The position numbers and the translations under genes were made by a program. 64,000 nucleotides of DNA, taken from assembly GCA_964270895.1 (NCBI GenBank), contig OZ185441.1; one strand, written 5' to 3'. Shown here piece by piece: positions 26,143-38,310 of the stretch. Each line of letters starts with the position of its first letter. The first letter of the stretch is position 1. The notes beneath the pieces were generated by a model, which had not been told where the DNA came from, ran no database searches, and worked only from the letters and a program-made list of their open reading frames with translations. Source of the stretch: Podarcis filfolensis. Lineage: Eukaryota.

Positions 26143-28901
26143 TAAAAGCACGATGGGATGATTTATTTGGAAGGTATTCGTATATCTTCATTCGCAACTG
26201 TAGCTGGGGAGTTGTGTGAGTTGAAACAAAGTAAAGGCAATTTGGAAGAGAAGAACAAGAAAGCAGGAAGGCTAGCTGGTTTTCCAGTCATTTAAATGCA
26301 CCAGGGAACAAAATGCAAGTACTGTACATGAGGAAAGTGAAGCTTGTAGTAAGACTCAAAAAGGAAATGACTGATAATTTAGGTGTGTTGCAACATTTAG
26401 CTACACACCAAGTTCTCCCCATATTGCATACTAAATATCACTTCAGGGAAGCCAACACCATATTGCAGGAATATATGAGAAATTCTTATTGAGCTGCTAC
26501 TCTTGTCAATGAGTTTCCCTTTAGCTACACGGCATATTCATCCTGTTAGCTACCCAAAAAGCTGTTAGTCTGTGCTGTCATAGCAACCACCCTATGCACT
26601 ACATTGGGTTCAAGAGAATCTAAAGTAACAAAGCCTATTCAACGGAGGCTGAATGCAATGTGAGCAGCCTTGTCAGAGGAAGGAATGCTTCCAGGGAAAA
26701 AGAGAGTGATAATGGCAGAATCTGCAAAGTCAAATGCACACTTTAAAAGGAGCCCAACAGAAATTATGACTCGCCAAACTGACCACAGTCCATCCAGCCC
26801 TGCAATTTGGCCTGCCATTTCATAGTCCTAGGCAGAAAGTCCATTGTGACTTGCCATACATTGCTAATGGGCTGCATTTGGCTTGATGGGGCAAAGGAAG
26901 ATGATATACAGACCCATTTTAAAGTCTCCATTTTGTTTATTCGGAAATAGTTAAAAGGGGAGAGCCTGAACAACAATGAACAGTCAATGTGCATTATTTT
27001 AGAAGTTGATGACAACTCATATAGGTCTAAAGGATCTAACTCATCAACAAAAACTGCGCCTGTCCAGGCTCTTGCTGCAATATGAAAATTTGCAACTCCC
27101 AGCTCGAGTTCTGCTAAAGGCGATAATGCTCAAATCAGATTGGTGCATAAGGCATAGTACAGGTTACAAGGTTCAGCAGGTACACAACTAACAAATACAT
27201 TGATCCAACAAGCAACATGCCCCCTGCAGCTTCATTTTAAAGTAGGGGGCAGACACAGCTATTTGCGCAGCAAGCATCCTGAGTCCTGGGACTGGGCAAT
27301 CAAATGGGCACTCCTCTGAGCAGCTATGCAAGGCTTGTTCATGTTGCCGCTGCTGGCATTGGAGATGGGGTGGATCAGACTCCCCCCCCCCGATGCCCAA
27401 TCAAGCTCCTCCATCATGCTAGGAACCTCCCCTGGGTCCTCTGACTGCAATTCTCCAAGCTCCTCCCTTTCCTCCTTGGCATCTGACCATCCCCACAGGG
27501 CTCATGACAACGCAGATGAAATTTGATGGTTGGAGAGTTCATCTGTGAGCTTGGTCCATCCTAAGTAGCTTCTATATTAAAATAAGTTTAAAAGGGCACA
27601 TAGGGAAAGCTGCTATATACCAGGCCAGGTTTTTACTGTCTGTTCTGCTTGGCATCAGATTCTTCAAACTTTCAGGCTTGGACCTTTCCCCATCAACTGA
27701 TACCTGACATTTTCAGCTGGAGGCACCAGGGACTGAACCTGCAACTTAACTGCATTCAAAGCATGTGCTGTGGTCCCTCCCCAGCCTACATTTGTCACAA
27801 GAACACAAGAAACACAAGCAATTACAGGGAACCCAAAGCACATTTGCATTCTTCTTAGAAGTCTTCTATTACAGGTTTGTCTGACGTTTCTGGGTTACAT
27901 GTTTGGAAATCAATGAAATTGCAGCCAGCGCTGTGGTTCCAAACAATTGAGGCTTTCTTTATAAAGCAGCCAATCCACACCCATCCACCCACCTCGCTGC
28001 CCTTCCATCTCAAGGTTTGCAAGACCCCAAAGTCTTTTCAGCATCACATTTAACCGTGGATAAGTAGGTTAATGCTGGTTCTTGCAATTATTGTATATTT
28101 CACAGTATCAACTCAAATGATTGCCTCAGGCTTAAGCCAGGCTGTCATGGCAAATAACCTGCTTTCGCCCATCAGCTACTGCTTCATTTACAGTTTTTCA
28201 CTTGTTGTGTGCATTAACCAGCTTCTCAAATCAAAGGTGCTGATGTACCTCTCCACAAATCTTGTTCCAATATTGAAGAAAACAACAAAAACAAAAACAT
28301 TTGGCTTGTTCTCTTCATCAGGGTTTAAGACTGTCATGCAGCATACAAACTGATCTAAAGTAGCCATCCTTTGATATAAAAAACATTACAGCCTAAGTCA
28401 CTGTCCCCTTGCCAGAGGGGCAGGAAGGATGACAGGTTATCCATTTATTAAACATGCACATAGCTGCCTGTCTAAAGAGTTTGAAGAACCTGTGTATCTT
28501 CATCAAGTTAAGGCAAAAGGAGGGGGGGAATTGTGCCTTGAATAATAGTTTTGTGCTGAAGCACTGCTACTGACTTCACTGGGATGTGGGTCACTCATTT
28601 TCAGCTCATCCCTACCCAACTTGGTAATACATTTTACAGGGCTTTTGCCATGACTTGAGGCTTGATCCAGTCACCCTTCACAACCTCCCCATCACCTCTA
28701 TGCATGCATGAGAATTTTATGCCACCAGCCCTTCTCTCAGCAGCCCTAAGAGAAGGGTAGCTGGCTGCACATACATACATACATACATATTATCCATTTG
28801 GATAAGCAATGATCTGCACCAGACCAGCACAGGCCACCTGTGTATTGTGGGTACCCACTGATAAAAGTGGGCCTGGTGCAGAATGCCCTTCTATCTAAAA
28901 T

Positions 28902-29040
28902 TGGGCTGTGGAACCTGTTGCCCTGCAGGTGTTGTTGGACTATAACTCCTATCACCTCCCCATACAGTTGTCCATAAGGGTTGGGGCTGATGGGATTTAG
29001 AGTCCAGCAACATCTGAAGGGCCACACTTTCCTCTTCTGC
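28902..29040. mobile_element. hAT-type MITE remnant (ggaacctgt...ccagatgtt...gactacaactccc family)
   Basis: Shares the core with degraded copies near 13090-13170, 21895-22040 and 48530-48690; ends approximate. Confidence 0.55.
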
Positions 29041-30428
29041 TTCACAGCTTCCCATTTCCTATTTTGCAAGGAAATAAGAAAATAAGGAAGCATGCATCTT
29101 CCAGCATCTTCTCATCTCTTGAGAGCATCAACCATGATGTGGCATGTTTTACACTGCTGCTAAACTTGGTTAGCAAACTGAATTTGAAGCTAATTGTATT
29201 AGTTTTCCCCAGTGAAGGATGTGTGGGGGAGAGGAGAGGAGCCCTGGTTTAAGAGATCAGTGATCAGTGTGATGTGACATTTGCACCAGGCCTGGAAATA
29301 TATTTTGTTAGCAAAGAGAGAAAAAAAACTCCACTGAATTGAAGTATCAGTGCAGTGCTAAAAGCAGAGAGGTCTTCACCTTTTGGTGAAGTGTAGCAGC
29401 GCTGTTGCTACTGTTATTTTGCTTTCTGATGGAAACTTCAAGTGCCATCAGCAGACTTTGGCAGTGGGTTTGGTGGGGAAAGAGCACTGCAAGCATTAGG
29501 AGTAAGCCAGAGGAACACCAAGGGGCTTACTTCTGAGTAAGCATGCATAGAATCAGCCTTGCTATGATCCAAGCAAGAACCACAGGTTTCCATTTCCTCC
29601 TACTTTTGATAGGAATATAGGAAACTGCCTTATATGGAGTGAGACCAATGGTCCATCTAGATCAGTATTGATAACACTGACTCTCCAGGGTTTCAGGCAA
29701 GAGTATCTCCCAACCCTATCTGCATGCAAAGCAGATGCTCTGTCAATGAGCTACAGTCCTCCCCAAACTTTTTTGACCACAAAAATCCAGGGGGCCTGTA
29801 TTATATGAGGGTTGCAATTAAATTCTATGCAGAGTTAGCCAAACCTACTGTAATTCTCCATAGGACTAAGGTGGTGGCTTGTTTCCATTGGAATATAAAT
29901 TATTGGCCTCAGAGAGCCCGATCTGCAAAATGGGTACATGTTTCCATGCTTGATTCCTTAATAATATGTAGCATATATTTGTGTTTGTGCATGTGACTTA
30001 ACCTGCACACTACAGCTGTAGTCAGCTAGTTGTCATATGCCCCTTTCCTTGCGCTTGTGTCCCAACTGAAGTCTGAACTGTGTAAGGATTATCTGTGTTA
30101 CCTAAGCATTATGGATGGATGGATGGATTTGGTAGCAGGGACTTTCTAAGCACATCAAATGCCATACACCTCAACATAGCTTTCTCTGTAAGCTCCACAC
30201 TCAGGCACATGGGCTCTACCCCTTTACTGCTCACCTGTGTTTTGGGTGCATGGCTTTTAAATGGGTTCCATGCTGTGGAACCTCAACCTGGATAAGTTCT
30301 TGACAAGCAAAAGAACACTCTGCTAGAGAATCCTAACTAGTCTTTGAAATATCACACAAGGCTTGCAAAAGCATGAATCCAGCAACTTATTTACTAGAAT
30401 TACAGCCTAACAGTCCAGGCCTAATCAT

Positions 30429-30723
30429 CAGGGGCAGCCCGACCTGTTTCACTGCCTAAGGTGAAAGGGAAAGGTGTAGCTGGGGTTGTGTGCCTTAGGT
30501 TTTTTGCATGGCTTCCAGGTTCAGGTGGCACCCATGAGGAGAAGTGGTGGCAGCAGCAAGATTTCACAAGAGCTTGCCAGAACCTTCCGCTGCGCCTTCT
30601 CCTTGCTTCTCTGGAGCCAGATGGGGTGGCAGTGGGTGGGGGCGCCCATGGTGGCACTGCCCCAGTGAGGTTCTGCCACCTCCGGCAGCTGTTTCAACGT
30701 GCCTCATGGGTGGGCCAGCCCTG
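30429..30723. mobile_element. Non-autonomous hAT-like element
   Basis: Exact 8-bp TSD CTAATCAT; termini CAGGGGCAGCCC / GGGCCAGCCCTG. Confidence 0.75.
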
Positions 30724-31146
30724 CTAATCATTCATCGGTTTAGACTACTTAAGCACATTGAAATCATCTGAAAATGTTTCCCTGATTCGATTGTCTTCCT
30801 TGTAAAGTTAGTGAGGGGCAGGGAATTGGCATTTAATTAATAGATATTCAATTAATTGTGTGACTACTCAGCATGTTCTTCCATGCTGTAAAGAAGCTGA
30901 GCCACTTCATCAAGTTAGCTAATGGAATTAAATTCCATTGTGCAGACAAAAAGGCAGTCAGTAATGGGGGTTGATCAGGGAGGATGTGCTATGAAACTAA
31001 TGAAGTTGAAGTTTCAGGACCCATAATCCTGGAAGGGGCCCAGTCACAAGTGACTTCAGCCCACATTGCTTTTAAAAAATTGCTTTAAAAAGTGCATTGT
31101 GCATGCATATAGCATTTCCCTAATTTTCATCCCCCCTTTCACGGAA

Positions 31147-31270
31147 TCACAGAATAGTTCAAACGGACCACAAGGATCATCCGGTTCAAATATTTCACCC
31201 CACATGGGATTTGAACCCATGATCATGATCCTGAGATTAAGAGTCTCATGCTCTACCAACCGAGCTATAC
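31147..31270 (-). mobile_element. tRNA-Lys-like SINE with CR1-type tail
   Basis: Minus strand gctcggttggtagagcatgagactcttaatctcagg resembles tRNA-Lys(CTT); related copies at 38410-38530, 39455-39612 and 42163-42295. Confidence 0.7.
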
Positions 31271-31379
31271 TGTAACTCAAAAACTATAAGGCGTTGGAAA
31301 CTTTCGTTCACGCCAGTGACTTTGACATGTGAGATAATCCAGTACTGTATAGCAATTTAAAGATGTACAGTAGTAGCTA

Positions 31380-31447
31380 TTTAAAATAAAATAAAATAAA
31401 ATAAAATAAAATAAAATAAAATAAAATAAAATAAAATAAAATAAAAT
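31380..31447. repeat. (TAAAA)n microsatellite
   Basis: Direct reading. Confidence 0.95.
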
Positions 31448-31479
31448 AGTGGTGATCTTCCTGGAGCAAACCCCCTGAA

Positions 31480-32170
31480 GAAGATAACAGTGGTTTACAG
31501 GTCTCTGGTAGAGAGGGAGGCAGAGAGAGGAAAGGCAGCAGAAGAGGAAGGAGCAAGCCAAGCCCAATCCAAAGCGCCCGCCTCGCAGGCGCACTTACTC
31601 CTGAAAGGCCCCCGCTTGGTCCTGCGCCTCCAAGGCCGGTTCCTCAGCAGGCAGCGGCAGTTCAGGCGCGGAGGGAGCTCCATGGTCACCAGAGGCTGCA
31701 GCTCGAAGCGGCGGCGGCGGTTTCCAAAGCGGCGCGCGAAGCGCTGCGTAAATCCACGCGCCCAGGGGACGCGGGCCCAGCGGGAAGCGAGGACACCCAG
31801 TTTCCTCTCTGGCCGGTGGGGCGTGGGGCCCACCACCAGCAGCAGCGGCAGCTCTGGGGAAGCCCGGCGACGCGGGACAGGCGGCTGTGCTGCTGGGCTC
31901 CGCGCGGTCGCCCGCCGCCTCCCCCTCCTCCCGCGCCATGTTTTATGCATGAGGGCGAGAGGCGCGTAATTTCATCCAGCCCGGAGGCTCGGCGTGTGGG
32001 CGCGAGGGCAGGTTCTAGGTTACCTGCCGTGGCGGGGAGAGGCGCGCGCCCGCCCCGCTCACCTGGCGCGCGCCTCTCCGAAGCCAAGCTCCTGGGAATG
32101 GGGGCTCTTTTTCCTCAGAAGGGTCTCTTGGAGAAGGGCGCGCAGCTCCACTGTGCATGCAGACTTTTTG
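31480..32170 (-). promoter_or_regulatory. CpG island, probable distal RIPOR2 promoter
   Basis: Very GC- and CpG-rich block in an AT-rich background; contains a Kozak ATG and splice donors on the minus strand. Confidence 0.75.
31599..31683 (-). CDS. RIPOR2: Probable alternative first coding exon of RIPOR2
   Basis: ACC-ATG-G Kozak; MELPPRLNCRCLLRNRPWRRRTKRGPFR plus A, then GTAAGT; 85 nt, phase 1 like the 4045-4114 exon. Gene assignment is by position and phase only. Confidence 0.55.
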
Positions 32171-33084
32171 CACCAGACACAGGAAAGAAAACCTCTCTCT
32201 CTCACGCACGCACACATATTTGTGCCTTGTGATGTTATAGTTACTGAGGGATGGACTGGGGGCTGAAATCTTTCTTCAATAAATAAATATTTATTTTAAA
32301 ACGAAGAAGAAATGGAAGGGCTGCTTCCACATGTGAAGCGAGATTATTGTAGTATTGGTGCTTCTCGTGCATGCCACTTCGCGCTTGTAATGTTTCTGGG
32401 CCCAATAACAAGCACCAACAAACCTTTGGCCAACACCCGATTTGCAGTATCTCGACAACCCTTTTTTGTAAACTGAGCCCCCGTCGCCCCCTCTGTCTGG
32501 AAGCACCCTAAGTCTGTGGCAGCAAAAACAGCCAAAGGTCCCTTGCAGACTGTTGCTTTTTTTGGGTAGGATTCACATATAGCAAATGCCGGTTGTGCCA
32601 TTAAAGTTGATTTAGCACTCCACCAAAATTAGAGCTTTTTGCAATAAGGAAAGTGATTGAAAATTACACTGGGAAGTATCATTTTGCTTGACAAACAATT
32701 GCTAATGGCTGTGTACACAGGACATTTTATTAAAATCAATGGAGACGGTGTACTTGTTTTTTTGTACCTAGCAAAAGCAGCATATTGCAGACTAGCACAA
32801 ATGATTCCCTATTGAGAAGTACTATATTTTTGTACTACGATCAGGTTAATGTGCACTTAGCCAGTGTTCTCTAACTTTCCTGCAAACCTTGTGAGAACAA
32901 ATTCGGAGGAATGCTCACCAAACAAATAATCTGGAAGTGACCTAACATGGCCAGCCCACTGGAAATTGAAAAAACAACAATCTCTAACCAATGCAGGGTT
33001 TATCATAGACTGATCTGAGCACAAATCTGCTTAAGCCTCACATGTGAAAATGCTTCTAGCCAGTGTTGATTTTACATCCATTAT

Positions 33085-35889
33085 TATTATTATTTTTATA
33101 ATATTTATTGAAATTTTACAAAAACATAGGTTTACAGAATACAAAAAAAAACCCATAGGAAAAGAAAAAGATAAAAAAAGAAAACATACAGAAATACATA
33201 AAAAAATAAAAAAAATAAAAATACAAAATACAAAAAACAGATAGATAAAAAAGAATTAAAAACAAATCCATTTTTGTAACTTTAAACTCATAAGCTTGTT
33301 TCCTTGACCTCCTCACACCTCCCCTTTTTGTATTCCCATTTAAATAATCAAATCAGCAAATCCTTACCCTCTTTGGTTTATCTTAACTCTATATCTTAAC
33401 ATATTATAACTCTATATTTTCATCCATTATCAATTCATTTTTGCATAATCTCATTAACTTTGTTGCTAATGCCACTTATTTTCAATCCAACATCATTTTT
33501 AACATTCATTAATTTTACAGTGTTTCTGCAGATAGTCTTTAAATTTCTTCCAATCTTCTTCCACCAACTCTTCTCCCAGGTCTCGGATTCTGCCAGTCAT
33601 TTCCGCTAATTCCATATAGTCCAACAGCTTCATCTGCCACTCTTCCAGGGTGGGTAAATCTTGTGTCTTCCAATACTTTGCAATGAGTATTCTTGCTGCT
33701 GTTGTTGCATACATGAAGAAAGTTCTATCCTTCTTTGGCACCAATTGGCCGACTATGCCCAGGAGAAAGGCCTCTGGTTTCTTCAGGAAGGTATATTTAA
33801 ATACCTTTTTCATTTCATTATAGATCATCTCCCAGAAAGCCTTAATCTTTGGGCACGTCCACCAAAGGTGAAAGAATGTGCCTTCATTTTCTTTACATTT
33901 CCAACATTTGTTATCGGGCAAATGATATATTTTTGCAAGCTTGACTGGTGTCATATACCACCTGTATATCATTTTCATAATATTCTCTCTTAAGGCATTA
34001 CATGCCGTAAATTTCATACCGGTGGTCCACAACTGTTCCCAGTCAGCAAACATAATGTTATGACCAATATCTTGTGCCCATTTAATCATAGCAGATTTAA
34101 CCGTTTCATCCTGCGTATTCCATTTTAACAGCAAGTTATACATTCTTGAAAGTATCTTAGTTTTGGGATCTAACAATTCTGTTTCCAATTTTGATTTTCC
34201 ACCTGGAAGCCAATTTTTTTGTCCAAATTATAGGCCTCTCTTATTTGATAATAATGAAGCCAGTCTCGCACTTTATCTTTTAATTTCTCAAAACTCTGCA
34301 ATTTCAATTTATCTCCTTCTTGTTCCAATATTTCCCAATATTTCGGCCATTTGGCCTCCATATTGAGCTTTTTCTGAGCCTTCGCTTCCATTGGTGACAA
34401 CCACCTTGGGGTTTTATTTTCCAGTAAGTCTTTGTATCTTATCCAGACATTGAACAATGCTTTCCTGACAATATGGTTTTTAAATTCTTTATGTGCTTTA
34501 ACCTTGTCATACCACAAATATGCATGCCACCCAAAAACATTGTTAAAACCTTCTAGGTCCAAAATGTCCGTGTTCTCAAGAAGCAGCCAGTCTTTCAACC
34601 AGCAGAATGCTGCTGATTCATAGTAAAGTTTAAGGTCTGGCAGGGCAAATCTGCCTCTTTCCTTTGTATCAGTTAATATTTTAAATTTTATTCTGGGCTT
34701 CTTGCCCTGCCAGACAAATCTAGAAATATCTCTCTGCCACTTCTTGAAACAGTCCATCTTGTCCAAAATTTGCAATGATTGAAACCGAAATAACATTTTT
34801 GGCAATACATTCATCTTTATAGCTGCAATTCGACCCAACAAGGAAAGCTTCAAATTTGACCATATTTCTAAGTCTTTTTTCACTTCTGTCCAACATTTCT
34901 CATAGTTATCTTTAAATAGTTATCTTTAAATAGATTTAAGTTCTTAGCCGTCATATTAACCCCCAGATATTTTACTTTCTTAACTAATGTTAAACCTGTC
35001 TCCTTCTGAAACCTCTCTTTCTCAATCGATGTTAAATTTTTCTCAAGAACTTTAGTTTTTGACTTGTTCAGCTTAAATCCTGCCACATGACCAAATTCTT
35101 GAATTAGTTCTAATACTCTTTTCGTACTAGATTCTGGCTCCTGTAACGTCAAAACTAGGTCATCTGCAAAAGCTTTCAATTTGTATTGTTTGGCTCCGAC
35201 CTGAATACCCTTCTAATCATATTTAACAAAACCTCCAGGACCGAAATAAAAAGCAATGGGGAAATTGGGCAGCCTTGTCGTGTCCCTTTCTCTATCTTAA
35301 ATTCCTCTGTCATCACATTATTAACTATTAGCTTAGCCTTTTGTTCTGAATAAATTGCACTTATACCATTTTCAAACCCTTGACCCACCCCTATCCCCTG
35401 AAGATTTTTCTTCATAAAATTCCAAGAAATATTGTCAAAGGCTTTCTCCGCATCTATAAAAATTAAAATTGCTTTAGTATTAATGTTCACTTGCAACTTC
35501 TCCAAAATGTTAATTATGTTCCTCGTGTTGTCAGACAAGTGTCTACCTGGGAGAAAGCCAGCTTGGTCCTTATGTATCTCTTCCACTAATAGTTTTTTTA
35601 ATCTATTAGCCAAAATATCAGCAAATATTTTGTAATCCACATTGAGCAGGGATATGGGGCGGTAGTTCTTAAGTTGTGTCTTTTCAGACTCAGTTTTCGG
35701 TATAAGTGTAATATAGGCTTCCTTCCACAACTCTGGCACTTTTTCCCCCTCCAAAATTTCATTACAAACCTCCTTTAGTGGCTGAATTAACCAATCTTTC
35801 AAAGATCTATAGTATTTTGAGGTTAAGCCATCCGGCCCTGGAGATTTACCCAACTGCATATTCTGAATGGCACCTTCTACCTCCTGTTC
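33085..35889 (-). mobile_element. 5'-truncated L1 LINE (2.8 kb), ORF2 RT to C-terminus, frameshifted
   Basis: ORFs with KSPGPDG, YRPISLLNVDYK, DAEKAFD, GTRQGCPISP, FADD and CWKC..HLWWTC; (AAT)n tail; 10-bp TSD CATCCATTAT (33075-33084, 35890-35899). Confidence 0.95.
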
Positions 35890-37099
35890 CATCCATTATA
35901 CACCTGGTTAAATCTCACTGTTAAAATACTCCATGTGCATTAGCATCACCACTCACACCCATTAGCAGGCAAGTGCCGAAAGGAAGTGCCAAACAAGCAG
36001 ACTGCGGTCTGGGAAGTTTCCATTTGGACATGTCTCAAGTAGTCTATTACTGCAGACTTAACTTTGGATGGACAGCAATACATGTCATCACAGGCATTAA
36101 GTGGACTGAAAGCATGTCAGGTATGCCTTGGATGTGAAGTGTAGTGAAGGGTGGACAAAAAAGAAATCCCACTCTTCCCTCTGTCCTCTCAGTGCCATCT
36201 GATTTGGAACTGTAAACTCTTTGGGGCAAGGACCTTTTGCTTAGCTGATGTGAAGAGTGAAACTATAAAGCAATGAAAAGTTCTATATAAATTATTAGCT
36301 GTAAAGCAATGGGGCTATTTTAGGACTTTACTTACTGATGATGATGATGATGACGATCATTAGATTTATTACCTATCCACTTGTCCATTGAAATGCCATC
36401 TTGAGAGTATTATTATCAAAGTCCAACCTGGCACTTGCAGAATTTGGGGTGAGTTGTTTGTGCATAGTGAAAGAGCAATAATAAAACAACACGTTTCCAG
36501 TGGCACAAAATATGACCTATGAATAAAAGATCCCATCATGTCTATATCCAAGGCTCTTCCTTACCTATCTGCAATAAAATATTCCTTCCTGTCCACATCC
36601 AAGCCTCTCTCTAAAACCATGTGCAATAATTTTACTTGTATATTTATCTGGAAATGTAATTGTCAATCTCCTGCTCTAAAATGCAGCTAATTAAAAAAAA
36701 AAGTTCTCTCCCCTTTTGCAAAACCTGACTTCTGTGCATACCTAGGACAGAACTCAGACCATTTGCTATAAAATGCTTTCCAACATCCTGTTTCTCAGTT
36801 ATTTAAAAATGCAGTATAAACTGTTGAGCTGAGCAGAATGTTCACAGTGAAACTTGAGAGCATCACAGACTTGATTGGCTTCACTTTTCAATACTAGAAA
36901 CTCACACCAGGTTCATTAAAGGGTCCATTGTCCAATGGTTGTTTCTGTATTAAAGTCAGGTACATTTTGCATTTTCAGCATTAAGCTATAAGCCATGCAT
37001 TGATACACCTCCCAACAAGAACTGAGTGCAATCTTTAACATAGTAAGAACACACCAGCCTATTTAGTTATGTTGATTTAGACTTAAGCCAATTGATATC

Positions 37100-37262
37100 A
37101 ATTACAGTGTATAAGACTAGGTTTCCCCCCTTAAAAATATTGTCAAAAATTAGGGGGCGTCTTACACACGGGGCCATCTCCCTCCATTTTCTTAAATCTG
37201 AGCCCCCCAAAATAGGGGGCGTCTTATACATGGGGGCATCTTATAGCCAGAAAATATGGTAA
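37100..37262. mobile_element. pogo/Tigger-like MITE remnant
   Basis: Repeated gggggcgtcttata motif and gaaaatatggta terminus. Confidence 0.55.
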
Positions 37263-37267
37263 TATCT

Positions 37268-37524
37268 GCAGTGGCTCCCTGTCTATGGAATGCTCTCCCC
37301 AGGGAAGTTTGCGTGGCGCCTTCATTATACACCTTTATGCACCAGGCAAAAACGTTCCTTTTTAACCAGGCCTTTGGTTGATCTTATTGACATCCAACAC
37401 CCTTTTAGAATGTGGCTTTTGGGGGGAGGGTTATTGGATTACTGCTTTTGGTTTGATTTTGTATGTTGTGGTCTTGTTGCAAACTGCCCTGAGACCTCCG
37501 GGTATAAGGCGGTGTATAAGTTGA

Positions 37525-37566
<42 letters not shown>
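37268..37566 (+). mobile_element. L2 LINE 3' end with (AAT)n tail
   Basis: AVAPCLWNALPREV...QAFG-type ending followed by (AAT)n. Confidence 0.8.
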
Positions 37567-37567
<1 letters not shown>

Positions 37568-38089
37568 TCATGATCCTATACCTGCTATATGGAAGCAGCT
37601 TAATATAAACAGTGGAATCTTCTTTGTCAGTTCTGAATTTACCATATGCATAAGATCACATTAGACGTCTACCATTCTCAGATGCCTCCAATTTGTTTTC
37701 TTAATCCGTCCTTGGAAATTGCTAGATTCATTGCTACAGCATTTTTGCTCAGCTTTCCTCAAGCGAAGTATAATATATTCCCTCCGGAGGTATTGTGTCT
37801 TCTCATTTTGGATAGAATTTACTGATCCAAAGCATCTCGGTGGAGATGACTTTGGCTTTTATATTTTGCCCTTTTCACCCCCACATGCCTCTCAAAATAT
37901 TTTTACCCATTTCCTGAATTCCCTGCTGCTCCCTTCACACCCAACTTGTACCTTATTCCTACCCCCAAACCACCAGTTTCTTTCCTCCCTCCTCCTAGTT
38001 CCTTTTACATTCACTTCCTCCTGTAACAGCTTTCCTCTCCTTCACCTTCTTAGTTTTTGCTGCTGCAGCAGCAGCTGCTGCTATGAAAG

Positions 38090-38310
38090 CCTGTGTTGTG
38101 TAGTGGTTAGAGTGTCAGACTAGGCCCAGGGAGACCAGGATTCATATTCCTACTCAGCCATGAAGCTCACTGGGTGACCTTGGGCCAGCCAAGCCTAACG
38201 TACCTCACGGAAAGTGTTGCTGTAGAGACTGAAAGAGGAGGGGGATAATAACCATGAACACAGCCTTGAGCTCTTTGGAGAAATGGTGCGATATACATGC
38301 AATAAATAAA
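38090..38310 (+). mobile_element. CORE-type (MIR/Ther1-derived) SINE
   Basis: gtgtagtggttagagtg head, gggtgaccttgggccag CORE segment, aataaataaa tail. Confidence 0.7.

Noticed and set aside
31200-31270. Possible tRNA-Lys gene
   Set aside because: Degenerate, has an insertion and is joined to a LINE-like tail; it is a SINE head.
31490-32266. Several long ORFs on both strands
   Set aside because: Expected from stop-codon scarcity in a GC-rich CpG island.
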